NCBI RefSeq assembly: GCF_964355755.1
Contig: NC_092670.1
Location: forward strand, 672,201 to 736,200
Direction of reading: 5' to 3'
DNA from: Antedon mediterranea
Lineage: Eukaryota; Animalia; Echinodermata
Length of the DNA stretch: 64,000 nt
Below are positions 24,101 through 39,100 of the stretch, piece after piece. Below the pieces are notes generated by a model. It was given only the letters and a program-made list of their open reading frames with translations, did no database searches and was not told the origin of the DNA. The translations under genes and the position numbers were made by a program. Each line of letters begins with the position of its first letter. Within the stretch, counting starts at the first letter, position 1.

Positions 24101-27100
24101 AAGAAATAACTGGATGAATCAAATAAAGAAAGACTTACAAGGACTAGTAGACACTAACACAATAACAAACCATCCTGCCATAAACAGAAAAAAATGGAAA
24201 CAAATTGTGGAAAGCGTAATGTCGGAAGACGGAAAACGTTAGCAACAAATGCAGTTATTCAATTAACATGGCGTAATCTTAAGTCTAAACAAATCTTAAA
24301 ATGATAATGAAAAATATCTAATAAGTTAAAAACAATGTGTAAAACAGCAAATGTTCTTGTTTCCAAACAGAGTTCATTTAGCTGATTACAAACAGATATA
24401 CATACCTCTAAACAGTTTATAAACAATGCACAAATACTGACAACATTAGAGCCGTTCATAAAGAAATTGCAATTCGCAAGATATCCTTCTACATGTTCCT
24501 TGACTTGTTCAAGGCTGTGAAATATCAAACAAAGTACGTCACTATTGTAAGTGTTAAAGCGCAAAAGCACAACTAAAAGTCCCTGTAACTTATAGTACTT
24601 TTGCCATCTTGAAAAACCTAGAATAGAAAATGTTACAAAATCAAACTCACCTTGACTGAAGTAAGAGCTGAAGTAGAAATGACCTGACAACAGGATTTGG
24701 ATCAATGCAATCCTCTGGGAAGGGTGACACTTTCTTGGTGGCAGGTTGCTTCTGTTTCTTTGAATCGATTGTAACATATCCAAGCAACCTCTTGATGACC
24801 TTTTCGCTTGGTGGCGTTCCATCCGCAAAGCAAAGCTGTGAGATGACTTCCATGAAGAACGAGTTACAACACTGTCTAAATGTGTTGTGCTTTGCAATAG
24901 CCGCACTAACAAAAACAAAAACAATTCAGTATACATACTAGGCAGGTTTCAATACAATATGTTTTAATTTGACACAATTTTTAAATACTTCCAATAGAAA
25001 GGATTGGCTCATATTAGCACCAAGAGAAAAATGATTTAGCCTGCATACCAAATTTTCTAATTTACTTAGTCTGATCAACAAAATAGATATACATTGATGG
25101 CGAAATAGATAAACAATATAAGGCATTTTTCTGTAATAAAAAAAAACCTCCTTACCTTACTTTAGATTGTTCTTTACATTGAAAATCATCAAATTCTGAC
25201 TTGCATGTTGGACATTTACGAGCCATTTCTGTTATGAAGTATTCTTCAATGCATTCCTTACAGAATACATGTTTTGGCTCACACGGAAGCATGACAGGGT
25301 CTGCAATACTTTCTTCACACATTCCACATTTATGGATTCCACTCCTTCAAAAAATGTTGAATGCGAGTAAATAGTCTTTTGTTGTTTAAATTATCTCAAT
25401 AGATCAATATATAAAACAACTAAAAATTAAAATTGCAACTTACTCATAATAAACTTGACCAGATTTCATGTTCATTTTATTTAAGATTTTCACCAACATG
25501 TTTACAGTTTCATCCGTCTTCAAATTTGCCGATTTCTTTAGTCCCTGTAAACACAACACCTCATAATTTTGAATTATTTATTTACCATTTTTAATTATTA
25601 ATATTTTAAATTATGATGCTGTTATCACCTGTAATTTCCGTGCACAATAAATTATTGTATTGTTTTTTTTTGTATCAGAAGAAGAATGTTTTAGAAAATC
25701 TATACATACCAGCCACATGGCTTTGCATTGTGGTGAGATCAATTTTGCAAACTCCTTATTTGGCAAAGAGACATGCTCAAAGAAAAGCTTCATCACAGTA
25801 ATCCTTGACCATAAACATCTGAAAAAATGAAATATTCCTGGTAACGACAGTCTGAGAATTGGAGAATTAATGTAGGATTTAAATGATATAATAATTTTTG
25901 TTTTTTTATTTATTTATCTTTCATATATGTTTTGTTTTATTATTTCTTATGCATCTAACAGTGAGCAACTCACCAATTACAAGATGGATAATAAATGATT
26001 GTGCTTATAAACTAGGAGAGATCTGTAGGTAAATTACACAAACTAGTCCTAACATGATGCTTCATTTCATTTCATTTCAGTTCATTCAATTTTACATACA
26101 GAAAGATTTTGAAAAAAAAAAGAAAAGGTAAAAGAAAACAATATCAACTGAATGAACTGAGGATAAAACAAGAAAGTTTAATAAAATACTTATTTTCATT
26201 GGGGTCCAAAAAATGTTGAATACACTAATTATGTATATTATGTGAAGTGTTTTTGGATTTAAATGCTTAGACAAACATTCACAAACAACCCTTAATTTCT
26301 TCATGAAGCAAAGATACTTAGCTTATATACTGTACCTGCTTTCATCTATAATTATTTGGTTGCCAGCACTGTAAACTCCATTGTCTTTCTTGAACAAGTC
26401 CATCACTCTCTGAACCACTGGAAACAACTTATGTATTTCGTTCAGCCATTTTCTTTGTTTTATTTGTGTGCGGAAATCGCCGTCAATACTGCTCAATACA
26501 TGTTTCAGACTTTTGACATCAATAGTCTACAACATACATATATTTGATTGTCAGTAGGTTTGTTTTTAAGTTTAACCTCTATTCTTATGAAAAGTAAGAT
26601 AAACGTATTTTCATTGACATTGAATTTCTAGAAAATCATGGAAATAAAAACTTCTAAAACCTGAATAGTAAAATGATTCATACCATTTCTCTTTCACTTT
26701 TTATCTCTTCTTCTTCTAGCGCTGTCAAGACACCTGGGCATAGTTCAACGATCTGTGCAAAGTGTTCAAATCTTGTTTGCAACTTGATAAAGGCCAAATG
26801 CACACCGGCAACCAGGTCAACACTTTCAACTTGACCACCAAGTTTGTGTACAACTGACAAAGATGATTTTTTCAACTGTTGGCAGAGTAGCTATTGATAC
26901 AGAAAGAAAACAAGGTTAGCTATTGGGTAATTTATGGTTAAAAATATTCTATAACATGCCTAAAAATACAGAAACTATGAATGGTAACTTTTATTGACAT
27001 TATAGGTAAAACATGTGGATCATATAGCAGCATACCATGTGTTATTGACATTATAGGTAAAACATGTGGATCATATAGCAGCATACCATGTGTTATTGAC

Positions 27101-30100
27101 ATTATAGGTAAAACATGTGGATCATATAGCAGCATACCATGTGTTATTGACATTATAGGTAAAACATGTGGATCATATAGCAGCATACCATGTGTTATTG
27201 ACATTATAGGTAAAACATGTTCAATAAGTCAAATAAAAAAAACTCATGACAAAAGTGTAATTCTAGATCATATAGCAGCATACCTTGTATTCACCATCTT
27301 GTGTCGTCTTGCAAGCCATGCTGACAAAATCTGAGATGTAGCTTTTAATAACATCTTTACTGTCAGTAGTCATGGCAACCTGGAGGATTTTTCCAATCTT
27401 TGATTTTTGTATGTTCCGCAAGAACTGCTGTTCCGATGATATTTCTGCTCCAACTATAAAACAAATTGATTTTAAATAAATTTGACATATAACTGTCTAT
27501 ATTATACCTTTGTAGTGTCTTGTTGTAAATCTAAAAATAACTTGTGTCAAGTTATTGGTCAGTATCACTTCAGAAGTAATTGGAATGCTGATTTACAAGA
27601 AAAACAAACCTTTTGCTTCAGATGCAAATTTCCAAATGTCATCCAACTTTCTCTTAACAATCCAAGAGAATGGAAATTTGGCTGTGAATGATTTACCACC
27701 AAATCCTTGCTCCAAGACCGGTACTTCTGACCTCTGGATTTTTTTCTCAGGAGAAAGGCACATGTCATAGGTCATATTCATCAATTCGTTGGAAGAGAAT
27801 ATATTAAGCCAAAGACGGTGAGCCCAACGATGGTCTGTTTGGTCAGACATCAGAAGGTGGAGGTTGTTACTGATGTCACATGCAGCAATTACTTCAGCCA
27901 GAAATGAGGCTACAGTTGATGTTAAACGTTGCCAACATGCCTGCCTATATATCAAGAAAAACAAAAATGTTTTCAATTCAATTTATTCCGGATTTTTTAC
28001 ACTACAGACAATAACACATACTACATCACACATGCCAGACTGGGGGACTCAAATAGCGAGCTTAATTGCTACAGCGAGCTTAGTGTGCAACACTAAATTA
28101 AACAAAGATTCCAGATCTGAAACAAGTCAATGTAATTCTGGTTACAAATCCTACACTGTGTTGACGGAAAGTATGCCTTCCAGACAACTTTACTCACCTA
28201 AATGTCCCACTCTCTTGTACCTCCTTGATGTCTAGACCTTTTCTGCTTAACCAATCTGAAGGATTTAGTCCTTTTTCTTCTTTCTCTTTCACAAGACTGA
28301 TGATGAGATGCTTTAGTAAATTTACAAATTCTGAAGAAAAATGAAAAATTATACAATTATGGTAAAAAGAAATAAGAGAATGAAATAAAAGTGACATCCA
28401 TCAACCAAGATGTTTTACTGAATGTTTTCAAGCACTATCTGTAAATATAGTTGTACAGTATTACCAACTGGGCTACTTCACTTTATTTATACAATCTATT
28501 TATTAAAAAGTATTAAAATGTGAATAAATTAAACTGCAAGTTGTGTTTAGCCTTATCTATTGTTTATTTACTGTAATTTATTCATGGCATATTTAAGCCA
28601 TCTATAGACTAGGCCTACATGGGGTTAGGGTCAATCAACTACATCAAACAAGATTTCTGAAATGAATAAAAAGACTTAGTACCATGATGAGCACCATCCT
28701 CTTCTATCAGTTGCACTAACAGACGGACTCTCTCCGTCGATCTATGTCGTTGATCGGAAGGATCAATAATTCTTGCCATAGCTGGATGAATACAGTCAAC
28801 AAGAACGGCTGTGTAATTGACAGGAGAAACTTCATCATGTGGAGAGCTCTCCAGATCCATCATTGTGACATCTTCAGAATCTTCTACTTCTTCCTCCATC
28901 CCTTCATCAATCCTGTGCTCCATCATCCCTTCTTCCATTCCTTCCACCATCTCTTCTACTGTGGGATCAACTGAAGATGCCACGACCTGGTTCACATCTG
29001 ATTTACACATTTGATCGATGTTAAACATTGGATCAATGGAATTATACTCCATATCTTCTGATTCATTATCATCATCTTCTTCCATTTCTTCTTCATTTTC
29101 TAAATAGCAAGGAAATTATACTGTATAGTGTACTGTAGTTAATTAACAAAGATAAAATAATAATATTATAACAAACATTACCACAACATAAAATCATTGA
29201 AAGTGTCTAAAAGTTTAAAAAAAAACACACAAGTACCTTCAACAAATAAAGAAATAATATAATTATAATAACAACCATTACCAACAAACAAGGCTAAAAA
29301 TAGTACAAAACATTGATACTTTTTTATATTATAGGCAAATTGCCAAGGATAACCATAAGCAAATTCATTCACTATCCTTCTTAAATGTGGCAATCCTGTT
29401 TACAAGACAAACATATACACAAGATACTTTACATAAATAAAGTTTTACAAGTATTTGGGACTGAACCCACGACCCTTTGATTGGTAGCCAAGCATCATAA
29501 CCACCAAGCCACAACTCCACTTTCCAACATAAAATCAATGAAAGTGTCTAAAAGTAAAAAAAACACACAATTACCTTCAACTTCTTGTTCCCAACTCTGG
29601 CTGATGCTTTCTATGTTCTGCTGTTCCTTTGGAGCTGGAAGTAGTAACTTACTTATTGGTCGGCCTAAAAGTTTGGAAACATCTGGACAATTTTCTTTTG
29701 GAGGTTGAAGGTCGTCGATGTGAGCAGAAGACCATAGTCCACCTATTATGATATAAAAGATAATTTATCCTACATTTTACTGGTTTCTTTGCAAATTGAA
29801 TTTTGTCTATTTGTTCTGTTGCAGTCACTATACACCAACCACATTTACTTTACTTGCAACAAATCTTTTAAGAACTAAAAAAAATCAGTCATTTTTGCTG
29901 CATTTCAACTACGGTAGTAGAAGTTTATACAGAAAATAAGGAAATAGTAAGTTGATAAAAGGATTCTTCAATCAATGCTCTATAATCATTAAAAAAAGAT
30001 ATTATTATGGTATGTATATACCTTGGAATCCATCAAAGCATCTCTTAACACGAGGAAGCTGAATGACAAAGACTACATGAGCTTTGCCTGCAATCTCTTC

Positions 30101-33100
30101 TTCCACAGAAGACAATGCATTCCCTCGTTCATCTTGCACTTGATAGGAAGCACAGGAAATCAAATTTGTGGTGTCGCTGCTTGCATCACATTGCACTAAT
30201 AATAATCTTTCATTTTCAGTAACCGCACCAAAGAATTTTCTAAAAAAAAATAGATAGTATGTGGTGCAAAAGAAAAGAAAGTAATGTGGTATATGCGTAT
30301 TGTGGTAGAAGCCCATCCGACAGTTTGTGGTATAATTATGTGATTTGGCTCTCTGGCATAAATCTACTTTATAAGTTCAAATGAGTTATGACTTTACTTG
30401 GAAATTAAAAAATGCTGTTTTTAACTTACTGGACTCTAACAGAAAACTGTTGTTCATACTGGAACTCTTGTAGGGAGACCAAACTGATGTCAGACACAGA
30501 AACGGATTCTGTAAGAGCTCTGCAATCTTTCTCAGTAAGCAGACGTGAATACGTAGTTACCTAAAAATAATACATACATTCAAAATTCCATGTTATATAT
30601 AAAATGTTTTCCTGAATATAGTTAATAATAATTCACTTTTAACAGTTTTGTAAGAATGTGCTAATGTTTCTAATTTCTGTATTTTTTTGTGCATCCAAGA
30701 TTGAACAGAATAAAAAGGACTAAACCTTACCTGAGCTAAAATGCCTTCATTACCAGGATTGCTTCTAAGCTGATCCTCAAGATAGTCTGCTAGGCATGAA
30801 TGTTTCTGAACATTAAAGTATGTATCCTGTAATGCCTTTTTCTCTTCTTCTCTCATTCTTGTTTCTGATAATCTGGTGACAGATTCAGGGGTTGCACGCA
30901 TCAACAGCTGGTTTTTAACATCTTCAAATACCTTTTGAGAAGTAATTTAAATAATTAAAAAATTTTTAACACTTTTATTTGATAAACATACATAGTTCCT
31001 TTCCAATTTTCTTCATAAAAGCATAGTATGATATAAATTCTCAACTTCAATTGGGGATAGCAAACAACACAAACTGTAGCTTTAAATACCTCTTTAACAG
31101 TATCAAAGGATGACCATCTTTGATACACAAGGGCAGCAACTGTATCACCATGGTAACCAATAAATGCATCACTTTTCTTGAACGCATTATCTGATGAACT
31201 AATGAAGAAATAAAATTAATTGTAAAATTTGGTACTGAAACATGAAAACATTTTTGTTCAGAAAAGAAGAAGTTTGAAGATACTTACTTTACACGATGAA
31301 ATTGTCGTTTGCTAGCAATAAAACTTTCTACCCAATCTTCAAGTCTTTTGACAACTTGCAGCTGCTCTTCACTCAACATTGTTGTCATCGCCAAAAAGTG
31401 TTTCTCAAGACGGTTGATGAGAGGGATTGGAAATCGTGTACGTACAACTTCTTTGTCGGCTACCACTATCAACCTAGAACATATTCAAATCTTGTTTAGT
31501 AACAAACAAGTACCAGACCACAGAGCTACATCCACAGAGCTAGGGAAATGGTAGACTGACATGCACACTCCTTAATATCCCAAAACATGCTTCTGCAAGG
31601 TTAAATTTGCAAAATTAAAAAAGTAATTTTTACCTGAATGAATCATGAACACGGCATTTAACACGGTGTGTGCCTAGTCCAAGATCTACATATCGTTGTC
31701 CGCCAAAGTAAACATAGTACTGGTTGAGGGCGTCATACAAGCTCTCGTAGAGGTTCTCAAGATTCAAAAGGACAACTGTCTTTCCTGCTTCCATATAGAG
31801 TTTAATGCGGTTGATGTTTCTACATACCTGTTAGAATATTGGCATACAATTTAATATTTGGATGAGTGTGGCGCAGTGTGTTGGATGTGAGATCGAGGTT
31901 CGAATCCAACTCTCACCGCATTGCTTGTAACCTTAGGCAAGATACTTTACTTACGTTTGCCTCCACCCAGGTGTATAAATGGGAACTCGGTTAGATCAAG
32001 ACACAACTTTGAGCTGATTACTAGTTGCATTATGGGAGTATGTTTCCTTACGTGTTTGATCCAAAAAAATGACTGCCGTAAGCGCTTAGAGGTTTCACAA
32101 CATTAGGTGCTATATAAATCCAGGATATTATTATTATTGTTATTATACGCAAGATATCAACTGGGAATCTGTAAATTTTCTCCATAATGCTGAACTAAAA
32201 ATATATCTCTAAAGAATTATCGAGATTCACCAAAAGGATTAAAGACACTATCACCTACAATTGTTGTAAAACTAATGCATATATATTTAAAACGTTAAAC
32301 CAGGTCATTCCTTGTCTTAAATGTACATTTTATGGTACACTATGAGAAAAAGAGAGAAGCAATACACTATCTAAAAGTTATCGCAATAGGCCCATATAGT
32401 ATTTGACCCTAAATTAAATCGAAACAACCTAGGGAATGTTAGTATTGAACTGGTGACTTGTAGGAGAGTATTTCAGACAGATGCGGCAGTGTCTAGTTGT
32501 AGCAGCATAGTCCAACCTACCAATGAAATGTTAATATATATCTATAGCAGAATAAGAAATACCTGGGTGTACTCTTGATCAAATGGGAAACTGCTTCCAT
32601 AGATAATGACTGCATCTTTCATCTTATTCAGATGTTGTTGTAAAATTGGGAGAGCTGCAAACTTTTCAGTTAATACAAGAAGATATCTGCTGTCTCTATA
32701 ATGTAAAAGATATTCAGGATTTTTTAACACAAAAAACTTTAAAACAACAAATTTCTTCAAATATCAATAAGCTGTTGGCGCTAAAGAAGGCACTGTTTTT
32801 GAGTAGTTTTTAGGTTTTGTAAACTTACCCATCTGATGTACCATGTCCAACTTTTTTATTTCCTCCAGCCTGTGTCTGACCTTGAGCATCTAAGCTTGCT
32901 TTTATAAGGCCTGATGGAGTACAATCTGGATCACCGTCACGCTAGAAATACAAATCATGGTTTTCAAAAGAATAATTTCATAATTTTTTTAATTAAGTAG
33001 TAAGTCATTACTTATATAATTAAGTTTATGGCAGTGCAATAATTTGCTAAATACATTGCTTGGGCAAATATAAAGCAACCGATAGTCCATTTTTGGTTTC

Positions 33101-36100
33101 AGAAAGAGTGACATGTTTAAAAAAATGTAGACAACTAAACACTAACCTTCTCTTTTCTTATGTATCCTTCAAGTTTCTTCCCAAATATTTCAACGTAGTC
33201 TTCTGTTCCTTCCTTCCCACCAAAGTTCCGTCTAATTGCGTGCTCAATTTGAGCCCAAGTGGGTGGTGATTTTTTAGAGAATTGATTCACCATCTTAATC
33301 AAACTATAACGAAAACCATTAAACTTTAAAAAAACAAACAAAAAGGAGCAGTAACCTTCAATTATTTTCATATTATGTATGGAATTGACATGGGGATGGC
33401 TATTGCTAAAGCCTTGTGTACACTATAAAACTTCATGTGACAAAAAATATGTATTTGGGCATATCACTACCATATTTGGGCATATCACTACCATATTTGG
33501 ACACACCTTTTTTTGTCAAACTAGTTTGATAGTGTAGACAGAGCTTAACAATGCCATAACATTTTCAAATGTTTTTGATAAAGATAATTAGTTGTACTAG
33601 TGATAGATGTATTTGCTTACCTATAAAAGTCTCTTAGTCCAAAGAAATCATGTCCTTGTTCTTGATAGATCTTTAAGTATCCTTCTGCAAGCGGCTTAAG
33701 GATTTGACTGACATTATACGAAGTATCTGATGCACATATGCCCCTAATACATAATAGTAATCAAGATAATTCAGTTTTTTTGACAAAAACACAAGCAAAT
33801 AAGAGGACAACCATGTGATAACTTTACAAAGCAATCTATAAATTCTAAAAAGATTAACGACATCAAAAAAGTCAGTGATGTAGATGCATCATACTTACTT
33901 GGCACTTTCAATTAGTTCAGCTTCGTCTGGAACTCCTCTAGAAACCAATATGCCTCTATTCATCTTGGCAGGATCTAGGGCCCAGTTTGAGATTCCTATG
34001 AATGCAACTTTTTTATAGTCTGGTGGATTGTCTTCTTCTTCAGAGCCATACTCTAGCAACGGATGTAGTGTCTAGAAAAGAAGTATAGGAAAAATAGAAT
34101 TAATGTAAAGCTGATCTGGTTTTAATATTTACATCCCATCTTAAAAAGTAATAAATAATAATAATAAGTAACAGATAAATATTTTATTAACATTTCTATT
34201 TTTTTAAAGCTAATATGTTCATAAAAAGTCAATAAAAAGAATATATACCTTTAAAGGCATTCTTGGAGAGTCTTCAGCAAGTCCAACTTCATCAAGAACG
34301 ACAACGGACACAAATTTGTTTAGATCTTTGCTTTGCTGGAATCGGCTACATTGACGAAAAGTTCCCACAATTCCATCTGGTGTCGACAATGGACTGCACT
34401 GATACGATATCATGTGTACCTGATGCCAAAAAGATTAAAATTCAGAAAAAATGTCAGAATCGTAAGGCTTTTCTTGGGAAAACGTAGCAATAAATGAATT
34501 CTGAAAAAAGTTTAAGAAAACCATACCTGTTTGAGTTCTTTGAAAAGCTCAGATGCTGACGAGTCTCCTTGCATGGCATCAGCCACGATTGTCTTGGCCA
34601 ATGATTTGGAACTTCCAGGTTTGCCGACCAAAAATAACGGGATCCTCAACTCAATGCAGATAATCATCATGAAGATGTTCTCCTTCAGTGCCATGTTGCG
34701 AGCAATGTTTGGACCTAACTGTATTTTATCTAAGAATATTTCTTGACAGCTGGAAAAGAGAAAACAATTTAATACATTCTTGAAACTGCAAGTGGTTACT
34801 TTATATTTGTACATTTTCTGTTTAATTTTTTACTGTTTCATGCTTGAAAAATAAATATCCAACCTGTTAATTTCTCTGTAAATGGTTGTATGACCTCCAC
34901 GTAAATTTAGTGGGTTCTTAAAACTCTTGGCCACAGTTTTTCTGAATTCCTCTCGCTTTTTGTCTAAGCATGCATGGTAGCAGACACCAAGAGCGAGAAC
35001 CAATGCCCATGTAAGGTCATCAATGTCCTTAAAAAAAATGAGACCACAAGAAAGTATTACTCCTTTTGTTCGGTTTATTAGGCTTATTAACAATAACATT
35101 TTCTTTTTTTTACACTTGTGTTAAACAGCGCATATAGACTATTTGTATTTTGCACTATATAAATTTAAAACCATTACATTATTTATGCAGACAGACAAAT
35201 CAGAAAAATAGGTAAAATAAATCAGATTAAGTTCACTGTTTAAAAAAAAAATTAGTTAGAAGGGGTTGTAAGTTAGATTGAGAGATTGGGGAGGGGCACA
35301 ATTCTCATAAAATAAACAAATTATATGCGGCATTCAGTTACATTAACTTCAAAAGACAAAAACAAAATTTGATCATAACAAACAAACCTCTAACTGAGAA
35401 TGTTCATCCTCAGAATCTTCTACATCCTCATATAATTCATCTTCATCCTCTTCCCTTGGTATATCTTCCTCTTCAATGTTAACTTCCTTCTTTCTTTCCT
35501 CAATCAATGGTCGCAGCAAATACTGCTTGTCAAAGAACCACATCATCACATTAAGTGTCCTCTCAACATCCCTTAAGCTCACAAAGCTGCACTCATTCTA
35601 AATAAGACAAACATTAATTGATATAGATATAAAATAATTCTGTCCTGTGTTCAATTTGACCTGTACTATATCAGTTCCTCTCTACACCGCCTTATCCTCA
35701 CTAGTATTTATCAACCAGGTACTCATTTACAGCTTAGTGTATATCTATTCAATTGACATGGAAAGAGAAAAACAACTAAATATTCTATACACTCTAAAAA
35801 TTATTCAAAATTCAAAATAGTATGCAGACATCTTTCCAGGAACTCTTTTCCCATGCTGTGTTTACTTGTTTATAAAATAGGATTTGCATAGGCTTAGCCC
35901 CTTTACTAAATTTACCTTCTGTTCTCTCATAAATGTCTGTGCAGCTGATAACACCTCACAAACAACGTCTACCTGCTGTTGGCTTGCATCAACCTGAATA
36001 ATAAAGCATTACAATTTAAATCACTTGTCACTAAGTAGATAAAGTCAAACTCGCGTTCAGGATATAAATTCTTTTGGGGCAAAAAAGTTTAGTATGAATG

Positions 36101-39100
36101 AATTTGGGAGTGATAAACATTATTATGTAAACAGTGTTACTACTTACAAAGCGTTGAACAATTTGCCTAATGTACATCTTTTCCACATCCTGGTTAAGCT
36201 GTCCAAAGTCCCAAACCAATGGTAGCATGCTCGGAGGTAGAGCTTGGACTCGGTAAACAAGTTGACGTAAAGGTATGCGACCTGAATACATAGTAAAAGA
36301 ATGGCAATTAGTTCAATGTCAAATCTGGTGTTTTCTGTGTGTTGTACAATGGCTATTTGAATTCCTTACCTAATCTATCTGTTGTTTTACTTGCTTTAAT
36401 GTGGTAGCCAAGACCAGCTGCTTCTAATCTTTCAATCATTTCTTCTGTGTGTCTACATTGTAAAGAAAAACATTTCTTTCATTTATGAAATTTTATCCTA
36501 CTCCAGTACTAAGATTCAATATATATATATTTTATAGAGTCTTTGTGTTGTATTTTGTATATTATGCCCCTTTCAAATCACCTCTCCAGAGTTTACACAC
36601 ACTGAGACATCAACTCCGGGGTATAAGTTATTAATTTTTGTGCAATGCTTTGTGATTCAAGTTAAAAGTGTGCAAGAAGTCTTGTTATTACCTTTTATAA
36701 GGGTTGCAAGCCGCAACAATCTTCAGACCACTGCCTTTGAAGTCAATTTTCTGACCGTTCATTCGACCATCACACATGATCTCTTTTATTATCCCAATCG
36801 CTTCTGTCGTATTCGCTTCATCAAAAAACAGAATTGTATCAATTTGATAGCGTGACTTGTTGTGATTTGCAAGCCTTTCAGCTTTACGTACACGATCAGC
36901 AATGTACTCAGCAGAAGTGCCTCCATGTACCTTAAAAGAAAAAATACTTTTTTTTTCAGGCTCTAAATTATAAAAAATACATAACTTCAAAAGAAACTTT
37001 CTGCATATTCTGCACTTAAATTTACTGAAATTTAAGAAAAAAATGTGTGAAACTGCATTAGTATGCATCTAATCAAAAAAAAAAAATGTTCCCAACTAAT
37101 TTATGCCTAGGTAAAATTTAATTATTTTTGTATATGTTTGATCAGTATGTTTTATTGTTTAACTAATTATTATTCCTGCATTTGCCTGGTAAAAAAGGTG
37201 ATGACCTTAAACCTATTCTTTGTAAATGTTAAATGTTTTGAATAAAGAATGAAGTTACACATTGTTACCTTCATAAGAATCATGTTTTGGACGTCTTCAT
37301 CAACTCCAACGCCACCAGCTTGCAATTGACACATGAAACGGACTAGACGTGTCTTGCCACAACCTGTTTCTCCCATCACAATCACAGGGATACCACACCT
37401 ATACAAAAACGAGGAATGATGAATTGTTTATACACTAGATATAACCATTTATTACTACCATTAGACTGATGTCTCTTATATGTTGGTAAGAGTCTACATA
37501 TATAATATAATATAATTTAAAAAGTGTTTACCTGAATCTCATATGTATGGCTAAGATCTTCTTAACATTATCTGTGGTCAGCTCATATGTATCGTCAGGG
37601 TTACTAACATACTTGATTCCCATTACCATGCACAATTTCATCAACTTCTCATCCCTGATGAGAAAAAAGATTATATGCATGTAGTAGTATTGTTATGCCA
37701 TTATTCACAAAATATGAGTTGGTCCAGCTTATTTCCAATACTTAACTATTTGTATACTAGGTGGACAAGTATTGTAAATATAGTTTGTTAAAAGTATGAA
37801 TGATGAAAATCACCTTGGTAGTGAGTTGAAATCTTCTGACAGGTTAACTCTTTGAAGTTCAAGTCCTCTCATCAAACTCTTTGTCATCACATTGGTTTGA
37901 AGTACCTGTCCATTCACATCCAAAAGTGTCCCGTTGCGATCAATACTAAATCCCATAAATGTCATGGTCTGATTGTCTCGATTGAAGAAAATGTACGGAT
38001 GTGGGCTAGAAAAAAAGATTAATTGTACAGTTCAGTGTGTGAACAGTCAATGATAGGGGCACAAGTCAAATATGTATCTATTTAGTAAGCTTTAGTAGGC
38101 TATTACGCTAGGCAGACTCAGACTTAGTCCGCAGAGAAATGAAGACATGGAATACAATAAACCTACCTGCTTTCCCATCGTCTGCGAAGCTGTAAAGCTT
38201 GTAGGCTGTCATCTGCTTCTTGACCGAGATCTACACGGTAACTCTCATCACTCATTTGAAGAGACGGAGTAGCAAAATCCTGATAATATAAAACAATTAA
38301 TAAGTTTCGGTTTTATTTCAAAACTATTAAAAACTCATAATGAATAAGACCAAGGATCAGGAATAGAAAACGGGAAAAATTGTTTCTTTCAATTAAGGCA
38401 AAAACTATTTGGTTTAAATGCAGACAAACAAAATTAAATTGTAACCTTTGACATCTGTAACATGAACTTGACAACAAATGTTTTAAAGCCATCCAGTCCA
38501 GTGTCAGCGAGCATGGCAGGGTCACAAAAACTAGAATGTTCGCAAGCTTCTAATTGTTTTTCAAGAAAACAAGCAAAGTGACATAACTCAGACCAGGATG
38601 GATCAGGAAGGCCGCAGTGTCTATAAAAAAACAGCAAATAAATATGAATTAAGTTAATGAAATGTTGCAAGTCTAGAATAGGTGATCTGCTAGCTTGATA
38701 AAAATTGATGAAATCGTTAGGTAAACTGTAAGATGCACAGAAAAAGTAGCACAAAAGTTTCAGTGTTATAATATTAATGTACTCGCATTAACAACCCTCA
38801 ATGGTCCAAAGCTTATATAATTACCAAAATAAATGTGGCACATGCAAGGGAAATCGGACATAAGTAACATTTGTAGATTTGTAGAGACAGCCAAAAACAA
38901 TAAAAGGCTGAAAAATTACATTATTTTTTATTTTTACAGAAAATGATAGCTGAAACAGTATTTATTTACATTTACCTTGGTGTTTTTCTATTTTTAGAAA
39001 AATAAATAAGTAAATTTTAACATTTTATGTGGTATGTTGGTTAAAAAGATGGTGTAAATTATGTATGATTTTCATAAAACCTATCACGTTTATGCTTAAA

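Noticed and set aside
26938-27334. 17-aa repeat proteins on both strands
   Set aside because: Translations of the intronic 51-bp repeat.
31861-31920. Functional tRNA gene
   Set aside because: A and B boxes are present but there is no full cloverleaf, and it continues into a SINE body found twice in the window.
32235-32520. Kolobok-like MITE beginning ttaaagacact
   Set aside because: No matching second terminal repeat could be identified.
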